DNA of 34,337 nucleotides, taken from the NCBI RefSeq assembly GCF_006345805.1, contig NW_021832020.1, positions 1-34,337 of the forward strand. Direction: 5' to 3'. Below the pieces are notes generated by a model, which did no database searches, was not told where the DNA came from, and was given only the letters and a program-made list of their open reading frames with translations. The translations under genes and the position numbers were made by a program. The stretch comes from Octopus sinensis. Its lineage: Eukaryota. Positions within the stretch are counted from its first letter, which is position 1; each line of letters opens with the position of its first letter. Below, piece by piece: positions 9,941-20,160 of this stretch.

Positions 9941-10166
9941 CATTAACGATACCATTGGTAAGCGAATGATACAACAGGAGGTAACCCACCACCGTCCGCA
10001 AAACTTTGAATTTTGTTACTTTCAACAAATTATAAATTATTCAATGATAAATCTCTGAGATTTATCATTGTTTGATTTCACTTTTCCAATATCAGTGTCA
10101 ATCGACACTGGAAAAAGTATATGTATTTGTGAAGGGAGCTGACTTCTCGTCGACAACCATGATTGT

Positions 10167-10211
10167 CACACGCTGATGAAAGGTAAACACCTTGAAACTC
10201 GAGTTCGTGTG
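10167..10211 (+). ncRNA. Minimal type I hammerhead ribozyme
   Basis: CACACG/CGTGTG helix I; CTGATGA 10173-10179; AAGGT-AAAC-ACCTT helix II; GAAA 10194-10197; palindromic AACTCGAGTT helix III; GUU site, cleavage after 10205. Confidence 0.8.
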
Positions 10212-10339
10212 TATCATGAGTTGAAGACGGGGAGGATGACTTCCCTTCACAAATACTGAGAGGACACAGATAGTGTGTCTATAGCCAGCTGGAGGAGATA
10301 TCTTCCTGGGGCTACAAACTACAGTAGCATCCACCCTTA

Positions 10340-10968
10340 GGGGTTAGCCATATTCAAATGGCAAATATGCGTCACGATAAATTATTCACTTCCTGCAATA
10401 ATGGTTTTGGTCAGAGTTTATGCGTTTTCAGGATGTTGGTCATCTTTGGGTCTGTAGTTAGTAAAGGGAGATTTTGCACAATAGTGTTGTATGCCTCATT
10501 GTTTCATTGTATATATCAACCCACATTGTTGTGGGTTGATATATACAGTAGTGTTTTGAGATGAGGTGTGGTGTTATGTTTTGTTGTCCTTAGTGTTTTT
10601 ATGTCTTATTTCTTGGCACGCTCAATTCCATTGCCTATAAGTGAGGGTGTCAGGGTCCTTTTGAGTTCTTGAAGACGAAGGTCGCGAGTAGTTTTATCAA
10701 ACACTATTGTCCAAATTATTTTTGCCAAATTAAAGGGATATTCATTTTGATGTATTTCGGGTGGCATGAGCTAAAAAGGAGATATTGATTCGAGTTCGTT
10801 AGTTTATGATAGATGTCAGTTATAATTTGGTTGTTGACACTTTTTATTATAATATCCAAAAATGGGAGCTGTTCTTTGCTATATTCCATTGTGAATTGAA
10901 TGCTGGTGTTTATATCATATAGTGTTGATTTGAATTCAAAAAGTTTGTCAATGGTCTCCTTCCAAATG
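10340..10968 (-). pseudogene. Penelope-like RT C-terminal/thumb/linker remnant with frameshift and stops
   Basis: IWKETIDKLFEF...IQFTMEYSKEQLPFLDI...TDIYHK...QYLLFSSCHPK...NIP, then FNLAKIIWTIV...RLQELK...ISTHN in the next frame; typical PLE RT motifs. Confidence 0.85.
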
Positions 10969-11315
10969 ACATCACTATATAGGACAGACGTGTATGACAT
11001 TGAGATGGAGAACCACTCTACATAAAGAGCAGATCCGGTTCTCGCAATACAGACAGATTCCTGTAAGTGAACACATAGAGAAATGTGCAGGTAGCATCAA
11101 TCCAAATTTCACAGTTTTCCCCTTCTACCAGTGTAAAGATACAATTTCTGTACAAGAACGTTTAAATAAAGAAACATTTTCATCGAAAAGTACAGAACAC
11201 GTCTAAATATACACGCACAACCAACTTTGATCTCTTTACATATTTTAATTCACGATTGCATACCAATCACTGTACATATCTCTCCTCACTACTCGAGTTT
11301 TTGAATTTTGTGTAT
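10969..11315 (+). pseudogene. Penelope-like GIY-YIG endonuclease C-terminal half plus 3' UTR
   Basis: HYIGQTCMTLRWRTTLHKEQIR...QIPVSEHIEKC...FTVFPFY; ends at a (TA)n run. Confidence 0.8.
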
Positions 11316-11632
11316 ATATATATATATATATTCCCGGCCCCTACCGAAATCTGAACAATTATCCACCCTGTCCACAATAATAACGATGACCAATTACCTC
11401 CCCTTAGATTTTATACTCATTGACGCGTTCATTCATAAACTTCACATACAGCGTGGACAAAAACATTCTTCTTAAGAAAATACGTGTTTAAATAAATGTT
11501 AATGTCATGAATAGCGAATGCGAAACCGGTCGACAAACACAATACAAGATATATCAAAAATTATAGGCAAACTACGTAAAGTGTGTGCATTTTCCTTCTT
11601 TAATTTCTTATATATATTACAACTCACTAAAC

Positions 11633-11860
11633 TGCGAGCTGGCAGAAACGTTAGCACGCCGGGTGAAATTCGTAGCCGTATTTCGTCTGCCGTTACGTTC
11701 TCAGTTGAAATTCTACCGCCGAGGTCGGCTTTGCCTTTCATCCTTTCGGGGTCGATGAATAAAGTACCAGTTACGCACTGGGGTCGATATAATCAACTTA
11801 ATCCCTTTGTCTGTCCTTTTTTGTCCTCTCTTTGTTTAGCCCCTTGTGGGCAATAAAGAA
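11633..11860 (+). mobile_element. SINE-C monomer
   Basis: TSD ATATATATTACAACT at 11610-11624 and 11861-11875. Confidence 0.88.
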
Positions 11861-11974
11861 ATATATATTACAACTTACCACGTGGGGATAATCAAAATTC
11901 CTCCCTTTCTGTTACTATATTTATATGTGTATGTGTGTGTGTGTGTGTACGTAAGTATATACTAATAATGTTGC

Positions 11975-11997
11975 TATTTCTAATCTTTTTGCAACAG
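11975..11997 (+). promoter_or_regulatory. Splice acceptor (branch point CTAAT, pyrimidine tract, CAG)
   Basis: TTTCTAATCTTTTTGCAACAG|GT, giving a phase-1 entry into the open frame. Confidence 0.75.
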
Positions 11998-12470
11998 GTA
12001 CAAAACATAGGAATATACTGAAGTTCAACGTTCGCCCGGATAAAGGTCACACGAAGGTTGTGACGGCACAATTACTGGTAGTAATCAAGAGAAAACTGGG
12101 CAAAAGATCGAAGCAGAAACACAAATCAAGACAGAAGAGGCGAGGTAAACGTATCACAATAAAGGTTCACGAAGTGAACAGCACTTCCGGTGAGGAGAGG
12201 CTTTTGCAAACGCTGAAAAAGCGCGTAAAGAAGACTTACCTACAGAATATTAAACTCCCGGCGGAAGTGTTGCAACGCTATGTCGATATGGACCAATCAA
12301 ACGTTAGAACCGACAAAAATATTCTCCAGTTGAAAGTGACGTGTCAGCGTTGTGGTAAGAAAATCAGGCCCTTTTTGGCCAATCGTTCGAACCGAAAGAA
12401 GCAGCTTCGATCGCTGAAGGATCGTTATCATGTAAAACCGCTAATTGCTCTGGATCACTATACAACATAA
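11998..12470 (+). CDS. Terminal coding exon of an activin/inhibin-beta-like TGF-beta prodomain protein, ending without a mature domain
   Basis: (G)TKHRNILKFNV...VVTAQLLVVIK...KRITIKV...LLQTLKKRVKKT...LQLKVTCQRC...HVKPLIAL parallels INHBA exon 2 as I recall it (GTARKTLHFEI...VVERAEVWLFLK...KVTIRL...LLSEKVV...LDVRIACEQC...SHRPFLML). TAA at 12468-12470. Upstream exon not found in the window. Confidence 0.75.
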
Positions 12471-13072
12471 ATATACGGTGTGCTATTGTATTTTTATTGT
12501 TGTTATTGTTGTTGGCTGTTGTTTTTATTTCGTTATTGTTTATTTTCTTTTTCTTTTTCTTTTCTTTTTTTTTTGGTTATATTGTTGTTGCAGGTGGTGA
12601 TTTTTGTAATTGATGCTGACATCTACTGATTTAATCATCAGTGTGATTTTTCTCTCTCTTGCTCTCTTTCCGTTCCTCGAATGGAAATTCTGATCTGTCT
12701 GTTTTACTCTAGTGTTACCTGTCATGTGACAGCTAATGTTGGGGACACGTTTTGTCACCGTGGTTAGTAATATCGAATAACGCTTGATCTCTTATTAATT
12801 AATCGCTAATCAGTAATAATGTTTCTAACAACATATATTTATTGTAAATATACACCTGAGAAATTTACTTTCTTCCATTTTATTTTAATTTATTACATTT
12901 ATTATAAAAATTTAGTATCCATTTCATCATTTTGTAAAAGCGCAATGAATTTTAAGTAAATCTCAGTTTATCTTATTTATGTAGCTTTACTTGATATTAC
13001 CCAAACAAACAACATTATACTCACAAAACTCTCCATCATATACCGGGTAATGTTCTAGTATATTTCAGAATT

Positions 13073-13810
13073 GGGATCTTTTCCTTTTGAACGGCAGTTT
13101 TCAACACAATTTCTAGTTAACTAAACACTTTTAAACTTCGTATACTGGTAGAATGTGTCAAAATAAAACATTTTTTACTCTTGGCTTTCTTGAAAAAATT
13201 GTAATTTGTAAGTTTAATGTAGTTTAATGTTTCGAATTTTAACCAATCCTATCGCCTCTATTGAGCTAAAATCATTTGCTGCGTCTAAAACTGAGACAAC
13301 ATCATGTCACTAACCCTAACTCTAACCCTAACCCTCACCCTAACCCTAACCCTAAATTTTAGCCTTTCGTTTTTTTTTCTTAATTGTTGCGCGTGTGTCT
13401 AAAATTATTCCTTTTGTCTTTGTTTTGAGTTTTTGTTTTCGTTTTTTTTTAATTGTTTTTAATTGTTAAATTAAAATTATTTTCCATTGCTTTCGTTTTA
13501 GCCTTTCGTTTTTTTTTCTTAATTGTTATCCTTAAATTAATTTAACAATTAAGAAAAAAAAACCAAAGGCTAAAATTTAGGTTTAGGGTTAGGGTGAGGG
13601 TTACGTTTAGTGACAGGATGTTGTCTGTTTTAGACGCAGCAAATGATTTTAGCTCAATAGAGTCGATAGGATTGGTTAAAATTCGAAAAATTAAACTACG
13701 TTAAACTTACAAATTACAATTTTCTCAAGAAAGCCAAGTATACGAAGTTTAAAAGTGTTTAGTAGACTAGAAATTGTGTTGAAAACTGCCGTTCAAAAGG
13801 AAAAGATCCC
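13073..13810. mobile_element. Foldback element with ~290-bp inverted arms containing telomere-like repeats
   Basis: GGGATCTTTTCCTTTTGAACGGCAG at both ends; (TAACCC)n-like tract at 13311-13355 and its complement at ~13575-13610; right arm lacks 35 bp. Confidence 0.9.
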
Positions 13811-14364
13811 TGAATTGTAAAAGATATACACAAATGCCAGAATCAGCGAAGAAAATACCTAGAAATATTTATTTAGCCTGTACATTCTGAGTTATGACTC
13901 CCACTCGATATTAACTTTTCCTTTTATCCTTTCGGGGTTGATAACTTTAAAAACCAGTCATGTACTCGGAAGCAGTTTAAATGCTGAACCCCTAACAAAT
14001 TACGTGACCTTGCGTTTATGTTACAAATCCCTATTTTTGTAATTTCGGTGAAGAGGGTGGAAGAAAATGCTTTGCAGTGTTTATATATTACTGGTGCTCT
14101 TTACGTTTTGAGTTCAAATCCTGCTGAATTTAAATCTGCCTTTCATCTGTTTGAGATCGATAAAACAATTAATCAATTATGTAATTAATTGATTACGATT
14201 CTTTAGGTTCTGAGTTCAAATTACACCGAAATCAACATTATTTTTTTTATCCTTCCAAAATCGATAAAATAAAATACAAGTTAATTATTTCTCCCTTGTG
14301 CTTAATTAGGAAATTATTATTTAATTCATCCTCATTATAAAATGAGTAATTGTTAGCGACACTC

Positions 14365-14605
14365 TCTTTTACTCTTTTACTCTTTTACTCTTTACTCTTT
14401 TACTCTTTTACTTGTTTCAGTCATTTGACTGCGGCCATGCTGGAGCACCGCCTTTAGTCGAGCAACTCGACCCCCGGGACTTATTCTTTTGTAAGCCCAG
14501 TACTTATTCTATCGGTCTCGTTTGCCGAACCGCTAAGTAACGGGGACATAAATACACCAGCATCGGTTGTCAAGCAATGCTAGGGGGACAAACACAGACA
14601 CACAA

Positions 14606-14644
<39 letters not shown>

Positions 14645-14807
14645 CATATATACGACGGGCTTCTTTAAGTTTCCGTCTACCAAATCCACTCACAAGGATT
14701 TGGTCGGCCCGAGGCTATAGTAGAAGACACTTGCCCAAGATGCCATGCTGTGGGACTGAACCCGGAACCATGTGGTTGGTAGACAAGCTACTTACCACAC
14801 AGCCACT
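14365..14807 (-). mobile_element. SINE-B, nearly full length
   Basis: Matches other SINE-B copies; long (AAAAGAGT)n tail. Confidence 0.92.
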
Positions 14808-15388
14808 AGCAGTTTTAATAGCAAAAGGTAATATTTATCCCCATTTAAAGATGAATGTTGAGCTAGAAAACAAAATACTGCGATAGTTACCATGAGAGAA
14901 CCTCTCAGGATTTTGTGATGCAAGACTACCAAATCAGGTGATTTCAGCACACCTACGTTCAAATCCTGCACGGGTGTACTTTGATATTTTATTACTTCTT
15001 GGGGGTCATTAAAATATATATATCTCTCTTGTTGTTTTCTCGCCCTTTTCAAGCCGAGCCAGGCTCATGGAGCAGGCTCATGTGCTCCTCACCTCCAGTT
15101 GGATGGGACGCCAGTCCATCGCAGCATTACTCAAGAAACAGGAAGAGAGAGTGAGAGAAAGTTGTGGCGAAAGAGTACAACCCCCACCCCCCTACCGGAG
15201 CCCCGTGGAGCTTCTAGTTGTTTCGCCCATTAAACACACACAACGCCCGGTCAAGGAATCGAAACTGCGATCCTCCGACCGCGAGTCCACTGTCCTAACC
15301 ACCGGGCCATTGCGCCTACACAAAATATATATGCACACACACACACACACACACACCACACACACACACACAACACACACACACACAC

Positions 15389-15422
<34 letters not shown>

Positions 15423-16120
15423 CATATATACGACGGGCTTCTTTAGTTTCCGTCTACCAAATCCACTCACAAGGATTTGGTCGGCCCGAGGCTATAGTAG
15501 AAGACACTTGCCCAAGATGCCATGCTGTGGGACTGAACCCGGAACCATGTGGTTGGTAGACAAGCTACTTACCACACAGCCACTAGCAGTTTTAATAGCA
15601 AAAGGTAATATTTATCCCCATTTAAAGATGAATGTTGAGCTAGAAAACAAAATACTGCGATAGTTACCATGAGAGAACCTCTCAGGATTTTGTGATGCAA
15701 GACTACCAAATCAGGTGATTTCAGCACACCTACGTTCAAATCCTGCACGGGTGTACTTTGATATTTTATTACTTCTTGGGGGTCATTAAAATATATATAT
15801 CTCTCTTGTTGTTTTCTCGCCCTTTTCAAGCCGAGCCAGGCTCATGGAGCAGGCTCATGTGCTCCTCACCTCCAGTTGGATGGGACGCCAGTCCATCGCA
15901 GCATTACTCAAGAAACAGGAAGAGAGAGTGAGAGAAAGTTGTGGCGAAAGAGTACAACCCCCACCCCCCTACCGGGACCCCGTGGAGCTTCTAGTTGTTT
16001 CGCCCATTAAACACACACAACGCCCGGTCAAGGAATCGAAACTGCGATCCTCCGACCGCGAGTCCACTGTCCTAACCACCGGGCCATTGCGCCTACACAA
16101 AATATATATGCACACACACA

Positions 16121-16151
<31 letters not shown>

Positions 16152-16190
16152 CCACACACACACATATATATATATATATATAATATATAT
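14641..16190. repeat. Near-perfect 777-bp tandem duplication
   Basis: CCCGGAACCA at 14761 and 15538; identical ORFs at 14792 and 15569; boundaries inside (CA)n(TA)n tracts. Confidence 0.93.
15041..15317 (-). mobile_element. SINE-A head with tail type 2 (duplicated at 15818-16094)
   Basis: Same architecture as 7736-8022. Confidence 0.8.
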
Positions 16191-16214
16191 ATTATATATA
16201 TATATATTTAAGTA

Positions 16215-16345
16215 GGTGAATGAATTATCCTAGCATGGAAAATTCGTTTAACCGATACCTGGGTAGCAAATTCACGTCAGAAAACACGGTTGAAGCGACC
16301 TGTCAAGGGTAGAAACTCAGGGTTCTTGTGTGGAAATTTGTGTCA
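16215..16345. repeat. Diverged copy of the 7110-7250 segment
   Basis: Shared ATGAATTATC...ACC..TACCTGGGTAGCAA...GGTTGAAG...GGAAATTTG; also between (TA)n tracts. Confidence 0.6.
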
Positions 16346-16352
16346 TTCTTTC

Positions 16353-16388
<36 letters not shown>

Positions 16389-16689
16389 CACACACACTCA
16401 TATAAAAGCTACCTGTAATATAAAGAAACAAAGCAATAATTCGAGAGATCAGTATACGAAAAGCGATTTCAGTTCTCGCCATAGATACACACACATAGTG
16501 ATATATACATCAACCTTCGCATTTTCTCTCGTGTTTTCACGAAGTGGAGAATCCCGGTTTTTTAATGTATCTAAGGTTACTAACTAAATCTGAAAAATTG
16601 CTTGGAGATAAATGGCACGCTTTATATACCTGCCAATTCAATGCACCATAAGCGTGAAACTATTGGTAGCTCTTGTAATTGTGCCATAT

Positions 16690-16695
16690 ACATTG

Positions 16696-16754
<59 letters not shown>

Positions 16755-16775
16755 ATATGTATGTATATATATATG

Positions 16776-16870
<95 letters not shown>

Positions 16871-16880
16871 GTGTATGTAT

Positions 16881-16922
<42 letters not shown>
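16690..16922. repeat. Long interrupted (TA)n
   Basis: Directly visible. Confidence 0.97.
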
Positions 16923-16926
<4 letters not shown>

Positions 16927-16978
16927 AAATGAAGATCTACCAGGCGTGTGTACTTAGCACTCTACGGAAAGAGCTTTA

Positions 16979-17365
16979 GTAGGAGCACTCCGTCGGTTGC
17001 GACGATGACGGTCCCAGCTGATACGATCAACGGAACAGCTTGCTCGTGATATTAACGTGCAAGTGGCTGAGCACTCCACAGACACGTGTACCCTTAACGT
17101 AGTTCTCGGGGATATTCAGCGTGACACACAGAGTGTGACAAAGCTGGCCCTTTGAAATACAGGTACAAGAGAAACAGGAAGAAAGAATGAGAGAAAGTTG
17201 TGGTGAAAGAGTACAGCCGGGATCACCACCATCCCCTGCCGGAGCCTCGTGGAGCTTTAGGTGTTTTCGCTCAATAAACACTCACAACGCCCGGTCTGGG
17301 AATCGAAACCGCGATCCTCCGACCGCGAGTCCGCTGCCCTAACCACTGGGCCATTGCGCCTCCAC
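16979..17365 (-). mobile_element. SINE-A, tail type 1, subfamily 2
   Basis: TSD ACGG(A/G)AAGAGCTTTA at 16964-16978 and 17369-17383; diagnostics GTCCCAGCTG and GTGCAAG. Confidence 0.9.
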
Positions 17366-17975
17366 TAAACGGGAAGAGCTTTACCTAAATTTTGAATGTC
17401 TTTACCCCTGAGTTGCTTTTAATTTTAATAAGTTAGATTTCTTTCCTTCCTTTATGAACCCTCAATTTTTTAAGTGTGTCGAAGGGGTACCGTTGTGACA
17501 TGCGGTCGTAATGAGTATTCAAAATCTCCTGGGGAGTGTCCATCTCCTTCTAGAAAGAAATTAAAAAAGAAAGAGAAATGATGAATCTCACTACTTGACC
17601 AATATATTATTTACTGACCATCGTGTTACTGATTTCTAATGTTGGTACAAGGCTAGTAATAACAAGGTGGGGATGAGTCGATTACATCGATTATATCGAT
17701 CTCCAAAATTCAACTGCAACTTATTTTACCGACCCCGAAAGGATGAGAGACAAAACTAGCCTTGGCGGAAAGGCCAGTTCTGGAGAGTCTGAACGAGTGC
17801 GCCAGTCGTCCCCTTTATCCATTTTATAATATTGGTTTCTAATATTGGTACAAGGCCAGGCGTTTCGGTGAGAGGAAGTTGATTACATCGCATCACAGTG
17901 CTTGACTGGTGCTTACTTTATCGACCTTGAAAGGATGCAAGACAGAGCCGACCTCGGCGGTATTTGGACAGAATA

Positions 17976-18208
17976 AAGGCGGCGAGCTGGCAGAAACGTT
18001 AGCGCGCCGAGCGAAATGCTTTGCGGTATTTCGTCTGTCGTTACGTTCTGAGTTCAAATTCCGCCGAGGTCGACTTTGCCTTTCATCCTCTCGGGGTCGA
18101 TAAATAAAGTACCAGTTTTGCACTGGGGTCGATGTAATCGACTTAATACCTATGTCTGTCCTTGTTTGTCCCCTCTGTGTTTAGCCCCTTGTGGGTAATA
18201 AAGAAATA
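17976..18208 (+). mobile_element. Young SINE-C nested in an older antisense SINE-C
   Basis: 17-bp TSD GGTATTTGGACAGAATA at 17959-17975 and 18209-18225; host sequence continues on both sides. Confidence 0.9.
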
Positions 18209-18670
18209 GGTATTTGGACAGAATACGTAAAGACAAAAAAAATGCCGCCAAGCGTTTTGCTTGGTGTCCAACACGCTGCCTTTTTTCACAATCGTTATAT
18301 TGGTTTAAAATGTTAGCACAAAGCCCGAAAATTCGAGGGAGGGGGCTAAATCGATTACATCAATTCCCGGTGTTCCACTGTTAACTTATTTTATTGACAC
18401 CGAAAGGATGAAAGACAAATCGACCTCGGTGTAGTTTGAACTCACATGGTAAAAATGCACGAAATGCAGCGAAGCAATTTGTTCGACTTGCTATCGATTC
18501 TACCACATCGCTGTCTTATTGGTCATCGGTATATTGGTTGTTCAACGCTGACTTCTTTGGCAGGATTTGAACCTCAGAACGCAGATCTGGATCGAATTGT
18601 CGACCGACTTTGCCACTTCACCGCTGAGTACGATGAGGTGGGTTTCCTTCGTTCCTTTCTTGAACCCTCA

Positions 18671-18922
18671 ATCCCTGATACAGTCAGAGGAATGCCGTTG
18701 TGACATATCCCTGATACAGTCAGAGGAATGCCGTTGTGACATATCCCTGATACAGTCAGAGGAATGCCGTTGTGACATATCCCTGATACAGTCAGAGGAA
18801 TGCCGTTGTGACATATCCCTGATACAGTCAGAAGAATGCCGTTGTGACATATCCCTGATACAGTCAGAGGAATGCCGTTGTGACATATCCCTGATACAGT
18901 CAGAGGAATGCCGTTGTGACAT
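18671..18922. repeat. 36-bp minisatellite, 7 copies (ATCCCTGATACAGTCAGAGGAATGCCGTTGTGACAT)
   Basis: Perfect units except one G>A at 18833; no spacers. Confidence 0.97.
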
Positions 18923-19211
18923 ATGACTGCGTTGAGTATTTTAAGCCTTCTGATGGGTCTCTCCCCCCCCCTCTCTCTCTCTAGAAAGTAAAAACGATAC
19001 TAGGTAAGTATTTTGTTTATCAACCACTATAACGTTGATTGGGCAAAGTTGACGTCAGCAAGATTTGAACCTAAAAATTAGAAAGCTGGAACAAATACTG
19101 CAAAGAATTAACCCCTGCACAATGATCAACAAAAACGTCCAACTCATTATATTGGCGCGTAAGTGGCCGAGTATTGTAAAGACATGTTAACTCTTAAATC
19201 CGCTTGACGCT

Positions 19212-19598
19212 GGTGGAAGCACTCCGTCGGTTACGACGATGAGGGTTCCGGTTGATCCGAATCAACGGAACAGCCTGCTCGTGAAATTAACGTGTAAGTG
19301 GCTGAGCACTCCACAGACACGTGTACCCTTAACGTAGTTATCGGGGATATTCAGCGTGACACAGAGAGTGACAAGGCCGGCCCTTTGAAATACAGGTACA
19401 ACAGAAACAGGAAGAAAGAGTGAGAGAAAGTTGTGGTGAAAGAGTACAGCAGGGATCACCACCATCCCTCTGCCGGAGCCTCGTGGAGCTTTTAGGTGTT
19501 TTCGCTCAATAAACACTCACAACGCCCGGTCTGGGAATCGAAACCACAATCCTATGACCGCGAGTCCGCTGCCCTAACCACTGGGCCATTGCGCCTCC
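19212..19598 (-). mobile_element. SINE-A, tail type 1
   Basis: TSD CCG(C/T)TTGACGCT at 19200-19211 and 19599-19610. Confidence 0.92.
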
Positions 19599-20160
19599 CC
19601 GTTTGACGCTATAGGTAACAAAGCCCCAACTCACATTTAATGACACTTGAAGGTAGAGAAAAAAAAAACAAGATTTGTTGTTAAGGTCACTGTTGATATA
19701 GGGGTGGGTCATCATTGTCGTTGTTTTACACGTTAATCAGCCCCATGTGTAACACTGGTAGATCATTGCAAACTTCACACAACCACCACATGCACCTCCA
19801 GTGGTACATTTTCATAACTTGAGAAAATATTTTATTCTGTATCTTTGGCGTGGTTTCGAGGATATTTGAATAACATGAGTGCTAAATGTTAAAATTTAAT
19901 TAAGAAATATTTTTTTAAATGCAAAGAAAATTACATTTCCTTGTAATTAAATCGTATGCAGTATGGCCGGATATAGGTGGCGCCACCGTTAAATTCTACT
20001 TTCACTTTCACTTTGCCCTTCATCTTTTCGGGGCCGGTAAAATAAGCAGCAGTTAAGCATTGGGCTCGATTATAGTCGATTTCCACTCTCCCCACAATTG
20101 CTGTCCTTGTTCCAAAATTTGAAACCAAATTTGTAGGACATTTAGCTTCTATTTCTTGCA

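Noticed and set aside
11285-11305. CACTACTCGAGTT as a second copy of the 10.2-kb hammerhead
   Set aside because: Only the palindrome matches; core and flanks are absent.
12591-12612. Acceptor at 12593 as a route to a mature TGF-beta exon
   Set aside because: Splicing from the 12355 donor gives GGDFCN then stop; no cystine-knot pattern follows.
13041-13059. ACCGGGTAATGTTCTAGT as a third Helitron 3' end
   Set aside because: Hairpin incomplete and no matching 5' end found.
13311-13355. TTAGGG-like tracts as a telomere or fusion site
   Set aside because: Short, degenerate, and internal to a TIR element family seen twice in the window.
18671-18922. 36-bp repeats as a CRISPR array
   Set aside because: Units are contiguous with no spacers, there are no cas genes, and the context is eukaryotic.
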